56,546 nucleotides of DNA from Bacteriovoracaceae bacterium (GCA_041586955.1 JBFGZE010000011.1:1-56546), one strand, 5' to 3'; shown: positions 1 to 9,964, counted from the first letter of the stretch. Numbers and translations: made by a program. The notes: generated from the letters alone by a model not told the origin.

Positions 1-578
1 TCAATTTGATACTCTTTAACAAAGCCACCTATACTGGCAACCTCGCTAACACCTTCAACGCTTTGTAGAAGGTAGCGAACATAATAATCCTGTATTGATC
101 TTAATTCGGCCAGCGACTTGGGGTTTTTAGATTCCTGTACGTTTTCAAGGGTGTACCAAAAAACTTGCCCTAGTCCTGTTGCGTCTGGCCCCATCTTTGG
201 AATAACTTCTGGAGGGAGTTTGTTTGATACATTGGAAAGTTTTTCTAAAACACGACTTCGACTCCAGTAAAAATCAATTTCATCTTTAAAAATGATATAG
301 ATGATAGAAAAACCAAAGGCCGATGTTCCCCTGATGTTTTTTACCCCAGGAATTCCCTGCATCATGACACTCAGGGGATAGGTGACTTGCTCTTCGATGT
401 CTTTTGGTGAACGTCCTGGCCATTCCGTAAAAACGATCTGTTGATTTTCCCCGATATCTGGAATTGCATCAATTCTTGCTGTTTTAAAACTAAACACTGA
501 AAGTAGTGCAATGAAAACAAAGCTTACAACGACTATGGCACGCTTGCGAATTGAAAGTTCTATCAAATTCTGAATCAT
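1..578 (-). CDS. cusA: CusA/CzcA family heavy-metal RND efflux pump, N-terminal part (runs off the left edge)
   Basis: Manual translation from ATG at 578: MIQNLIELSIRKR...IDAIPDIGENQQIVFTEWPGRSPKDIEEQVTYPL...GPDATGLGQVFWYTL...SIGGFVKEYQI, which are typical CusA motifs. Lies directly after cusB. Confidence 0.93.
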   Translation of the reverse strand, partial: MIQNLIELSIRKRAIVVVSFVFIALLSVFSFKTARIDAIPDIGENQQIVFTEWPGRSPKDIEEQVTYPLSVMMQGIPGVKNIRGTSAFGFSIIYIIFKDEIDFYWSRSRVLEKLSNVSNKLPPEVIPKMGPDATGLGQVFWYTLENVQESKNPKSLAELRSIQDYYVRYLLQSVEGVSEVASIGGFVKEYQI

Positions 579-587
579 AAATTACCC

Positions 588-1979
588 TTAATGATTATGT
601 TCGCTTGATGTGTTTTTTTTCATGTCTTCATAGCCACCAAATAATTGTGCCTGTGCATCGAGCAGGAAGTTACCTTCTATTACCACTTCCTCTCCTGCCA
701 TTAATCCATGTTTCACTTCGACATAACCTTCTGATTCATAACCTGCGTGAATCGTTTTAGCTCTGAATTCTTTATTTGTTACTTTGACCCAAACAACCTT
801 TCTTTTCCCTGTGTCAATTATGGCGGATCTTGGTACGACTAAAGGGTGACCTTGAATTTCGATATTTAAGACTGCATTGGCAATCATACCAGGTTTTAGC
901 TTTCCAGAAGCATTTTCAATTGTTGCGCGAACTTTAAGTGTTCTCGATTTTTGATCTAAGACAGGACTAATGAAATCAATAGCACCCGTTACCTGTTCGC
1001 CAGGAATAGCTGTAAACTCCAAGTCAACGATTTGTCCAATTTTAATCAATGAAGAGTCGTGCTCGTAGACATCCATTTCAATCCAAACATCAGCGAGATC
1101 AGATAATTCAAAGAAGTTTTGGCCTTCTTTAAAGTATTTACCTACCGTGGCATTTCTTTTCCTTACTATTCCTGTCGCACTAGAGTAAATGGTTATTTGT
1201 TTTGGGATTTTATTATTCTTTAACCATTTGTTATACTGAAACTCTTTAATACCCCATAGTTTAAGCCTTTCCTCACTTTGTTTGACCATATCTCTAAATT
1301 CATTTGTTTTTAATTTTTCATAGCTTTGTTTTGCCAGAAGGTATTCTTCACCTGCAGTAATCAGTTTAGGACTGTAGAGATCGACAACTGGATCACCTTT
1401 TTTAACCATACTTCCGGTGGATTTTACATACACTTTTTCTACTCTTCCTCCAATCCGTGCAGGAATGCTACTTTCTTTTTCTTCAGATTGGAGAACCGAG
1501 CCTAGTAACCTAATTTTTTTAACCATTTTCATTGACGTCACTGGAAAAAACTCTGGCGCAAAATGCTTTAATTGGGCCTTTCTCAGTTTTACCCTGGCCA
1601 CAACTTTATCTGCTCTATTTTCTTTTGGCCTCAACACCATGGCGGTTCCATCAATTGGACACGTGTCAGGAGATTCGCTTGTAACATCAGGATAACTCTG
1701 GCATTGCCAAATATTTTTTTCCTCATGGGTGGGTTGAGATTGGTAGGCCTCTTGAGGTTCGTCAACTTCGATCTTTGTCAGGTTCATATGGCAAATGGGG
1801 CATTTCCCAGGTTTCTCTTCTTTTATCTGAGGATGCATTGAGCATGTATAATAACTCGTGACCTCTTCTTTACTATCGGAATGCTTTTCGTGCTTATCCC
1901 CAGGGGAATGATTGGCCTCTTTTTGCTGGCACCCCATAAAGAGTAGAGTCATGAGAAGTAATGTGATGATTCTATTCAT
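588..1979 (-). CDS. cusB: CusB-type RND periplasmic adaptor lipoprotein with N-terminal heavy-metal-binding domain
   Basis: Lipobox FMGC; YTCSMHPQI...CPICHM domain; lipoyl-like GSMVKKGDPV; LKPGM; VVPRSA. ATG 1979 chosen because GGAG precedes it. Confidence 0.9.
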   Translation of the reverse strand: MNRIITLLLMTLLFMGCQQKEANHSPGDKHEKHSDSKEEVTSYYTCSMHPQIKEEKPGKCPICHMNLTKIEVDEPQEAYQSQPTHEEKNIWQCQSYPDVTSESPDTCPIDGTAMVLRPKENRADKVVARVKLRKAQLKHFAPEFFPVTSMKMVKKIRLLGSVLQSEEKESSIPARIGGRVEKVYVKSTGSMVKKGDPVVDLYSPKLITAGEEYLLAKQSYEKLKTNEFRDMVKQSEERLKLWGIKEFQYNKWLKNNKIPKQITIYSSATGIVRKRNATVGKYFKEGQNFFELSDLADVWIEMDVYEHDSSLIKIGQIVDLEFTAIPGEQVTGAIDFISPVLDQKSRTLKVRATIENASGKLKPGMIANAVLNIEIQGHPLVVPRSAIIDTGKRKVVWVKVTNKEFRAKTIHAGYESEGYVEVKHGLMAGEEVVIEGNFLLDAQAQLFGGYEDMKKNTSSEHNH

Positions 1980-3192
1980 ATAATTTATCTCCAATTAGAT
2001 ATTTATAATTCGCTTGGGTTTTAAGCAGCATTGCGTTTAGATTACTCCTCTTGATGAGTAATTTCTGTAATTTTAGTTCTGATTGAAGAAGCTCAATATA
2101 TGTAGAATCTCCTAGGGCATAAGACTTAGAAGTTATTTGTCGGGAATTTTCAGCAAACTTGATAGTTCTTTCATTTAAAATCTTGAGTTCAATTTTGAGC
2201 CTTTCTATTTGATGATTTAATCGCTTAGATTCGCTTTCTTTTAATCTCAGGTAATTTTTTAATTGCTTTTCTGTTGATACTTTTTCAAATATTGCTTGAG
2301 AATGATCGGAATACCTTTTGCTAGAGAAGGGGAGCGGCAATGTCACCATGGCCGAGACAAAATCGCCTTCTTTGTCTATATTGGCCCTCTTTGTAAATCC
2401 AACTGAAAGTGTTAAGTCAGGAATGAAAGCGAGTTTTTTCGCTGCAAGAATTTTTGATTTGGCAAGAATATTTGATTTTAAACTTAATTCTTTAGTGTCA
2501 TTTTGCTCCTTGTTTTTCTTTTCTAGAATGATCCAAGGGATTGATTCTTTACTTAGGCTTTTGTTTGGATATCCAAGAATATATGAGAGCTGTTCTTGCT
2601 GCTCTTTTGCTTCAAACTTTTTATTACTAAGAGATGCCTCTAATTCTGATTTTCTAATTTGAATATCAAGCAAAGCTTGTTGCGAGGTCTTGCCATTTGC
2701 ATAAAGTCTTTTTGAGACTTTTAATATTTTTTTAATCCAATTAAGATTTTCTTCAAAGATTGTAACTTCTTCATCTCGCCTTTTATTTTCAATAAGTATT
2801 TCCCAAAAGGTTTTGATTAGCTCTTGTGTCTTTGCTTCTGAATCGTGTTTTTTTGCTTTCCCTAGATACGCATAAGCATCTTTGATATTTCCATATTTCG
2901 TCGTAAGGGACACATTTTGGGATATGCCAAACTCTATACCAGTCATAGGTGTTTCGTTGTCTTTCAAGTTATTTTTGGGAAAGTTTTTTGCGGCCAGGTT
3001 AAGTCTTGGGTCTCCCCAGGAACCTTTGTTTTTTCCTTCTTCAATTAAGGCCTTAGACTTGTTTTGGAGTGCTATAACAATGTCATGTTTTTTAATATTT
3101 TCAATTGCTTCATTAAAATCAAAGGAGAATGCATATTGAGGAGTTGCTATAAAAATGAACAGGGCCACTCTAAAAGATAAAACAAGGTTCAT
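1972..3192 (-). CDS. TolC/CusC-like outer membrane efflux protein
   Basis: Signal peptide and helical OEP-like repeats (YANGKTSQQALL, YALGDSTYIELL). Overlaps both neighbours in the efflux operon. Confidence 0.85.
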   Translation of the reverse strand: MNLVLSFRVALFIFIATPQYAFSFDFNEAIENIKKHDIVIALQNKSKALIEEGKNKGSWGDPRLNLAAKNFPKNNLKDNETPMTGIEFGISQNVSLTTKYGNIKDAYAYLGKAKKHDSEAKTQELIKTFWEILIENKRRDEEVTIFEENLNWIKKILKVSKRLYANGKTSQQALLDIQIRKSELEASLSNKKFEAKEQQEQLSYILGYPNKSLSKESIPWIILEKKNKEQNDTKELSLKSNILAKSKILAAKKLAFIPDLTLSVGFTKRANIDKEGDFVSAMVTLPLPFSSKRYSDHSQAIFEKVSTEKQLKNYLRLKESESKRLNHQIERLKIELKILNERTIKFAENSRQITSKSYALGDSTYIELLQSELKLQKLLIKRSNLNAMLLKTQANYKYLIGDKLYE

Positions 3193-3686
3193 TCTAAGGC
3201 CTCCAGCGATTTAATAATCCAGTTTTTGATTTTTTTACTCTCATTATTCGTCAATTTCTTTTCTCCGTGAAACCATAAATATCTTTGAGGAGGCATTTCT
3301 TCTTCCGATAGACTTCTTAATATGCCTTTTAGGTCTTTGATCGGGGATACATGACTAGTGAAAGGGAAGCCTTTTGAAAAATCCAAATGAGTCTTTGCCT
3401 CTTTTATGTCGGAATCAATAAGCTGTTTTATTCCCGGTACGTTGTAATACCACGGGAAAGTCGTTTGATTAGAATGGCAGTCAAAGCATGATTTTTTAAA
3501 TATGGGCCTAACTTTTTTAAGAAAGCTAGCATTTATTTTACTATAGATTTCGTTGACATTTTTAAGGGGAGGGACGGCCGATTGTAAGGTCATTGTTGGC
3601 AAGTTTGTCTTGCTGTGATCTACATCACCATGGGCCCATGGCCCATTCATCAGCATGATAGTTAGAAAGACGATAACTAGTTTCAA
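3189..3686 (-). CDS. Heme-binding domain protein (single c-type heme)
   Basis: SCFDCHSNQTTFPWY, MPP..Y...H and a C-terminal W, as in the Haem_bd family. Signal peptide; TTG start after GGAGG. Confidence 0.8.
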   Translation of the reverse strand: MKLVIVFLTIMLMNGPWAHGDVDHSKTNLPTMTLQSAVPPLKNVNEIYSKINASFLKKVRPIFKKSCFDCHSNQTTFPWYYNVPGIKQLIDSDIKEAKTHLDFSKGFPFTSHVSPIKDLKGILRSLSEEEMPPQRYLWFHGEKKLTNNESKKIKNWIIKSLEALE

Positions 3687-4202
3687 TTGGCCTCCAAAAT
3701 AAGCTTCAACCCTTTTTACGAGTAAGGTTTAAGTTTTGTGACAAAAAACTTATCTTTTTAGTAAAGGTGTCGTACTTCCAGGTGTTTATACCCTATAGAG
3801 CTACAATCGAAAATAAATTTGTCCCGAATAGGTGAGTTAACTCGCCCCAGGGCGCAGAGGTTTTTCATAGGTCGCCTGAGAGTCAATTTCGTTTATGCTC
3901 TTATCTCTTTGGCCTAATTTGCTGGGTAGGATGAACTTTTTTTGGGCAACGGGTTGCTTGAGATACCTCATTTTTATGTCACAAATAATCGGGGATAAGT
4001 GGCATCAATTCACACGGATTTAACCCGCTAACAGAACCTTTGACCATGTGCGTCTACGAGGGTTAATAATCCTAAGAGCGTTATTTGAGAAGTGCCTTAA
4101 CCCCCATGATGAATTTATCCCTAACGTCATATTTTATGATGAAATATGCTTTTTAAAAGGATACAATCTCGTGACGTAATAATGAATGCTTAGAGGTTTT
4201 AA

Positions 4203-5222
4203 ATGAATATTTGTTTTATCACTGATGCATGGGAAATCATGGATCCCGAAATTGAATCGACTTTAAGAATAATGCATGAGGCACACAAAAGAGGTCATCG
4301 GGTTTGCATGTTTAAACCTGGAAATTTAACAATCAGAGAAAATGTGACTTATGCTTTTTGTAGAATTTTAAAAACTGAAGGGAAAGTACCTGAAAGTATT
4401 CCTGCATTTTATAAGAAAGTTAAATTTAAGAAACAAATGCTACCGTTAAATGGGTTTGATATTATCTTTATTCGGAAAAATCCTCCCTTAGATAATGTGA
4501 TGCTCAACTTCTTAGATTCAGTTAAAAACGATGTCTTTATTGTTAATGATATTGATGGCCTTAGAAAAGCTTCCAATAAAATTTACTCAACAAGCTTTGA
4601 TGATGCGCACGAATTTATACCTGAAACATATGTTTCCAGAGATGTGGATTACCTTGATTCAATTGTTAATAATTCCACTAAAGATAAAATGATATTAAAA
4701 CCTCTTGATGGGTTTGGTGGCTCAGGTGTTATTGTTTTAGAGACAAAGGCAAAGACGAGTATTAAATCCTTATTGGAATTCTATATTGGACAAGACAAAA
4801 ACTACGTTATTTTACAAGAGTATGTGGAAGGCGCAGATAAAGGTGATATTAGGGTACTAATGCTAAATGGCGAACCTATTGGTGCCATGAAAAGAGTACC
4901 AAAGCAAGGAGATGCAAGATCAAATGTACATGCGGGGGGCTCAGCAGAAAAATATACCTTAAATAAAAAAGAAATTGAGTTATGCCGTAAAATTGGTCAA
5001 AAGCTTGTTGTTGATGGGATCTTTTTTGCGGGGATAGATATAATTGAAGGAAAACTTTTAGAAGTTAATGTTTTAAGCCCCGGTGGCATAACACGAATTA
5101 ATAAATTTAATAAGACAAACCTTCAGAGGAAGATTTTAGATTTTCTAGAAATAATACATAAAAAACGTGAAGATGCATTTAACAGAAGAACAGCTTTCAA
5201 AAAGGCGATAGAGGATGCGTAG
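4203..5222 (+). CDS. gshB: Glutathione-synthetase-like ATP-grasp ligase
   Basis: ESTLRIM, IRKNPP, KPLDGFGGSG, QEY, GDIRV, RSNVHAGG, GIDII, EVNVLSPGG. Confidence 0.8.
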   Translation: MNICFITDAWEIMDPEIESTLRIMHEAHKRGHRVCMFKPGNLTIRENVTYAFCRILKTEGKVPESIPAFYKKVKFKKQMLPLNGFDIIFIRKNPPLDNVMLNFLDSVKNDVFIVNDIDGLRKASNKIYSTSFDDAHEFIPETYVSRDVDYLDSIVNNSTKDKMILKPLDGFGGSGVIVLETKAKTSIKSLLEFYIGQDKNYVILQEYVEGADKGDIRVLMLNGEPIGAMKRVPKQGDARSNVHAGGSAEKYTLNKKEIELCRKIGQKLVVDGIFFAGIDIIEGKLLEVNVLSPGGITRINKFNKTNLQRKILDFLEIIHKKREDAFNRRTAFKKAIEDA

Positions 5223-7218
5223 TCAAAAGATTGCATCTATCATTTCAAGTATCAAGAAAGGGAAACCTTTCTCCTGTATGGCCGAAGATCGGTCATTTAC
5301 AATAACAGTTGACGAATACGTTCCCTATGTTTGTACCGCTATTCATAATGGTGGTAATATTCGAAAAGAATTAAGGGACAAAATTGCACTGACAAAATTT
5401 GAAAGATGGCAAGAAGAGGACCCCTTTACAGGAGAATTCATTTCATCACTTCCCATTAGAATCATTGCCCACGACAGTCGCTATGAATATGATTTAAATA
5501 GAGATCCTGATAGCTGTGTTTATGATAAGGCATGGGGCAAAGAAGTATGGAGCTCAAAATTAACAAAAAAAGAAATTGAATTTTCAAAAAGAAAGCATCG
5601 GAATTATTACAAGGTATTAGATGCACTTGTTCACAAACTTGAAAATATGTTTGATTCATGTCTCATTTTTGACATTCATAGCTACAATTTTCAGCGAATA
5701 GAAAAAGATTCGCCAACTTTTAATGTTGGTACAAGACATATTTCCAAGCGTTATCGTACCTATATAGATGAATGGGTAAAGAACTTATCTTCTATTGAAT
5801 TACCATTTGTGACAAATCAAACTAAGGAAAATGATGTTTTTTTTGGAGAGGGTTATCAACTTAAATATATAAAAAATAATTTTAAAAACACATTGGTACT
5901 CGCTACTGAAATTAAGAAGATGTATATCGATGAACAATCTGGTGATACATACCCAGAAATAATTCAGGCGCTAAAAGAAGAGTTTAAGCGAGTGATTAGC
6001 TTGCAGGCAAAATTTCATGCAAATGCCGCAACAAATATTACCGTAAAAAAAAGACATGGAATGTTAAGTTCCGAACTAAGTCCTATCGTAAAAGAAATTG
6101 ATACGAAAATATTTAGTTATATGAAAAATTTTGACGTACTCAATTTTGTATCTCCAATTAATATAGAATCTGAAAAAAAGGCATTTTTTAAAAATAAACA
6201 TAAGAGAAACCCCCATTTCAAATATTCACCGCTTCACATTGATGCCTCTTCACTTAAGAGTGGCCTGTACTCCCTCCCTCTAAAGCAAATTAATGATGTC
6301 ACTTTAGAGAACTTTTATACCAATATTATAGATAGTTATTGCGATCAGATTGATTTTCTATCGTGCCGAGAAGATGATAAATTTCTCTATTCATCTTTAA
6401 AATATTATGGCGCTCCATCAGAGTCTGATATTAATATTGCTAATTTTTTATTAACTTCTCCAGCCGTAAAGTCAAAAACTAGTGAAATAGAAATGGTTAA
6501 TGAAGGCTACATTTTGGAAAAATGTGGTGAAATGATGAATTATTTTAACTTTAAAGGTAAAATTCTATCCTCTAAAAACTTAGTTGCTAACGCCATCTTT
6601 ATACCTAATAAAAACACGCTTAAGGTTAAGACCAATATTACAGTATCAAAAAAGTATGCTAATGCTCTGGCCCATCACGAAATTGGCATTCACATGCTAA
6701 CAACTGAAAATGCCAAGCATCAACCATTAAAAGTGCTTTCCCTTGGACTTCCTCTCGACACAAAGACTCAAGAGGGACTTGCCATTTTAAGTGAATACTT
6801 GTCCGGGAATATTTCCCTCGAAAGATTAAAAGAGTTGGCCTTAAGAGTGATGGCCGTTAATCATATGGTTAAAAATTATGATTTTTCAGATACATTTAAT
6901 TACTTAGTCGAAACTTATAATGTTAATGAGCATCATGCTTATTATCTCACATCCCGAGTTTACAGAGGTGGGGGGTTCACAAAAGATTATTTATATTTGA
7001 GGGGTTTTAAAGAAATTTTTAATTTATATAGAACTGATCAAAATAAATTAAATGAATTATTAATCGGAAAAACTTCGATTGAATTCTCTCCAACTATAAG
7101 CGAATTAATCTCTCGAGACATTTTAAAAAAGCCTCCCTATATTCCAAAATCATATACGCGTGCGAGCAAAACGGATGATCAAATTTTAGAATATATTTTA
7201 TCCATTTTTTATGAATAA
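5215..7218 (+). CDS. Fusion of N-formylglutamate amidohydrolase and QEGLA-motif (DUF1704/MATCAP-like) metallopeptidase
   Basis: N-terminal half has TAIHNG, EEDP, SRYEYDLNR and DIHSYN. C-terminal half has HEIGIH (HExxxH), TQEGLA and GFTKDYLYLRG. 8-bp overlap with the ligase gene. Confidence 0.85.
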   Translation: MRSQKIASIISSIKKGKPFSCMAEDRSFTITVDEYVPYVCTAIHNGGNIRKELRDKIALTKFERWQEEDPFTGEFISSLPIRIIAHDSRYEYDLNRDPDSCVYDKAWGKEVWSSKLTKKEIEFSKRKHRNYYKVLDALVHKLENMFDSCLIFDIHSYNFQRIEKDSPTFNVGTRHISKRYRTYIDEWVKNLSSIELPFVTNQTKENDVFFGEGYQLKYIKNNFKNTLVLATEIKKMYIDEQSGDTYPEIIQALKEEFKRVISLQAKFHANAATNITVKKRHGMLSSELSPIVKEIDTKIFSYMKNFDVLNFVSPINIESEKKAFFKNKHKRNPHFKYSPLHIDASSLKSGLYSLPLKQINDVTLENFYTNIIDSYCDQIDFLSCREDDKFLYSSLKYYGAPSESDINIANFLLTSPAVKSKTSEIEMVNEGYILEKCGEMMNYFNFKGKILSSKNLVANAIFIPNKNTLKVKTNITVSKKYANALAHHEIGIHMLTTENAKHQPLKVLSLGLPLDTKTQEGLAILSEYLSGNISLERLKELALRVMAVNHMVKNYDFSDTFNYLVETYNVNEHHAYYLTSRVYRGGGFTKDYLYLRGFKEIFNLYRTDQNKLNELLIGKTSIEFSPTISELISRDILKKPPYIPKSYTRASKTDDQILEYILSIFYE

Positions 7219-7220
7219 AG

Positions 7221-7383
7221 TGCGTCTTTGCTCTTGATAAAATAAAACATATCGATATTGGACAACTTACCAATTGTGGGCTGCTTTAATGATAAATAGC
7301 TTTTAGGCATTATTACTCCCAATGATATTGTTAATTACCTTGGCCTTTCTAAGCAGGAAGCAGAAGAAGATCATATAAGTTGA
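7221..7383 (+). pseudogene. Decayed CBS-domain gene remnant (3' end of a gene)
   Basis: Reads ALDKIKHIDIGQL, +1 frameshift near 7269, then PIVGCFNDK*LLGIITPNDIVNYLG...TGA at 7383. This is a CBS pattern (LPIV...LLGIIT..DI) with one frameshift and one stop. Confidence 0.65.
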
Positions 7384-7415
7384 TAGGGTTCTGGTCACCT
7401 TATTTTATATAAGGA

Positions 7416-8849
7416 CTATAATTCACAACCCTCAATAATTTTAAAGATGAAGTCTTGGTGGTCTTCGTCGTCGACAAAGCATTGACCTGTAATGGCCTGG
7501 AAATGACCATTAAAATCTTGCTCGCCCCAAACTTGAAGAGAACCTGATTTCATTTGATGAATGGTATGGGGGTCTGGAGAGTTTTCTTTCCAAATATTTT
7601 TAAATGAGATGATGGAATCTCTTTGGAGATGCATATATAGGAATCCTTCTTCAAGGAACGCGTGATTGGCATTGATTGTCGCTTGGGCACTTACTCCAGT
7701 ATCTGTCTCGAGATGGAAGGTTTCATGGTTGGCATCAAGGGTTAAGTTAAAAGGGGTGATGTCCAATTCAACGGCGATTTCTTGATCAATGGAAAATCGG
7801 GCATGGCCATCATGTGGGTTTATGGCAATATTTGAGACGCCAACAATTTTATCCTTATCATTAAAGTCAATAGCTCCGGTAATTCCTTTTAATGAAAACT
7901 TCATCTCTAAATTGGGGTAAAGATCCTTAGTGTCTTCATTGTCGTTAATTTCTGGGAATGAAATATCAATGGTGTTAATATCAAATTCCAAATGGGCATT
8001 CTTTCTCATTTTGGAACTTGTAAATGTCGCAAAAGGATTTGCCGTTTCAATTTCAATGCGTGCCATACCCTCTTTATTATCCTCCTTGTCGCGCACCATC
8101 CAAGAAATGATGACCGATTCTAAAATATCGAGGGTGAGTGATAATTCATCTGGATTATGTTTTTGGACGCCTAATCGTATAACCCCTTGGAGTGTTGGAA
8201 GATTGACCATTTCTTCACCGGGCCTATTGGTTTTTATGATGTCATTGACAATGGCAAGTATCCTATGGATCGCAACGAAACTAAAATTAAAGTCCAACCC
8301 ATTATCTTTATAAGTGATGGTCACAGGGTTATGAGTATCAAAGTAAAAGTTTAATTGACCTTGGAGCTTCGCATGAACGTCATGGACGATCCTTAAACGC
8401 GCGAGAGCTTCGCGACAGGACGAGGGATCATTTTCAGCAAGATGATCATTACAAACATCGAGATTTGGCGTGTAAATGGCCTGGTGCTTATTATTACCTG
8501 GCGTTTGATGATCCATAAAATGGGAAATAAGTTGAGTTAAATCTTCTCGGAAATGGTTCTCATCATAATCGGTTTCAAGTTTTTGAGGGGAGTCGGGGCG
8601 TGCAAAGTAGTTATCCAATTGGTGGGCGAATTCGCCTTTAGTGAATACTTCATCAATATTTTCCTTAAAGGAAGTCACTAAATCGGGGAGCAAGGTTTTA
8701 ATATGCTCGACCTCATCAGTCATCACTATGGGAGGAGTATTGCCTTCAGCAATTTCGATTTCTCCCGCATGTTTTTCCTGATCTTGGCAACTAAAACTGA
8801 ATAAAAGAATGAAAAGAAAAATGAAAAGATTATATTTTCTAGATAGCAT
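7416..8849 (-). CDS. Hypothetical lipoprotein
   Basis: 477-aa ORF, lipobox SFSC, AGGAGG RBS. Helical N-terminal half and beta-rich C-terminal half. Confidence 0.75.
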   Translation of the reverse strand: MLSRKYNLFIFLFILLFSFSCQDQEKHAGEIEIAEGNTPPIVMTDEVEHIKTLLPDLVTSFKENIDEVFTKGEFAHQLDNYFARPDSPQKLETDYDENHFREDLTQLISHFMDHQTPGNNKHQAIYTPNLDVCNDHLAENDPSSCREALARLRIVHDVHAKLQGQLNFYFDTHNPVTITYKDNGLDFNFSFVAIHRILAIVNDIIKTNRPGEEMVNLPTLQGVIRLGVQKHNPDELSLTLDILESVIISWMVRDKEDNKEGMARIEIETANPFATFTSSKMRKNAHLEFDINTIDISFPEINDNEDTKDLYPNLEMKFSLKGITGAIDFNDKDKIVGVSNIAINPHDGHARFSIDQEIAVELDITPFNLTLDANHETFHLETDTGVSAQATINANHAFLEEGFLYMHLQRDSIISFKNIWKENSPDPHTIHQMKSGSLQVWGEQDFNGHFQAITGQCFVDDEDHQDFIFKIIEGCEL

Positions 8850-8884
8850 GAAACCCCTCCTAGGTTTACTTCTGGTCGTTAATA

Positions 8885-8901
8885 TACAAAATGAGTGCCA
8901 G
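8885..8901 (-). promoter_or_regulatory. Sigma54-like promoter (non-canonical -12)
   Basis: CTGGCACTCATTTTGT: TGGCAC-N5-TTGT versus consensus TGGCAC-N5-TTGC. Confidence 0.5.
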
Positions 8902-8979
8902 TTTCGAGGGGATTAAGTCCTTAGAAATAAGAGGAGAAGGATGCCCAATATAAAGACATTGTCTAAAAATTGATAGGAT

Positions 8980-9315
8980 TTATTGGAATTTAACATAAAC
9001 GGGGCTGTCGACGGGTAAATTAATTTTCAATAATTCTCTATGGAAATCTATTCTCGCACTTTTAAATAGTAGGGCACGACATAGGTCAAGTTTCGGTGAC
9101 GTATCTTTAACTTCTACAAATGCCATCACTCCATCGTCGCTTGTGACTTCAATTAGTGATTGATGAGGTTGGCAGCCACCTCCTACCCGGTAGTGAAAGG
9201 TTAAATATCGCCCAGATTTAATGGCGGTTAGAGCACTTATTTTATTAATCACTTCTCCTTTGGCAGTGATGAGTACAAAAATTAAAAGACAAAGAGCAAA
9301 TAGAATACGCATCAT
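8980..9315 (-). CDS. Hypothetical secreted protein
   Basis: Signal peptide; GGGC...CRAL cysteine pair; AAGGAG RBS before ATG 9315. Confidence 0.7.
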   Translation of the reverse strand: MMRILFALCLLIFVLITAKGEVINKISALTAIKSGRYLTFHYRVGGGCQPHQSLIEVTSDDGVMAFVEVKDTSPKLDLCRALLFKSARIDFHRELLKINLPVDSPVYVKFQ

Positions 9316-9526
9316 CTTCGACTCCTTTATCGAGTCCAAAAGGTCACGCTATAGGTATCATTTTTTTGATGGGCAAATCAATAGAGAGTAATACTAAGAA
9401 TTATTATCCGACTAGGTTTTCCTTTTATCTTTAGTTCGCTTTGAGCGTTTGACTGTCGCTAATTGGCCTATTTCTTGAGTGATTGCGGTAGAGTTGGTTA
9501 TCGTTGATCAGTGCGCATGGGTAATA

Positions 9527-9964
9527 TTAGGCCAAGAAAAGTGCGCAAAAATAGAAAATGGCAAGAACAGCGATGGCAAAAGGGAAGTACCATGATTTTT
9601 TTTGAGAAGTTGGGGGTTGGATAAACTCACCTGTTTCTCTAAAGTGGGGATCATCTAGATTATCCCTCACAAATTGTAGGTCCCGGAGTGGGGTGACTCC
9701 GACAAAGCTAAATAAGATTTCTCTATTTTCGCAAAATAGAGTTGTTGGAACTCCTTGGATACCAAAATGACTACAAAGTTCTTGGTTTTCAGATGAATTA
9801 AGGCGATAAACATTAATATCAGAGTTTTCTTCCGCAAACTTCGTAATGACTGGTTTCATTGTCGAGCAGGGGCCGCAGGTGGTTGAATAGAAGTTAATAA
9901 TAAAAGGGCCTGTCTCCTCTTGTGCAATTTGGTCAAAGTTTTCTCGATTCATTTCTTTCATCAT
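9527..9964 (-). CDS. Thioredoxin family protein with C-terminal membrane anchor
   Basis: FYSTTCGPC, GIQGVPT (cis-Pro loop) and a hydrophobic C-terminal helix. Confidence 0.85.
   Translation of the reverse strand: MMKEMNRENFDQIAQEETGPFIINFYSTTCGPCSTMKPVITKFAEENSDINVYRLNSSENQELCSHFGIQGVPTTLFCENREILFSFVGVTPLRDLQFVRDNLDDPHFRETGEFIQPPTSQKKSWYFPFAIAVLAIFYFCALFLA

Noticed and set aside
3787..3803. TATACCCTATAGAGCTA as a CsoR-like copper operator
   Set aside because: The right half-site is degenerate and no csoR gene is in the window.
3837..3971. 44-codon minus-strand ORF and GGTGAGTTAACTCGCC dyad (3831-3846) in the cus/gshB intergenic region
   Set aside because: No RBS or recognisable motif; a single short dyad is not enough to assign a function.
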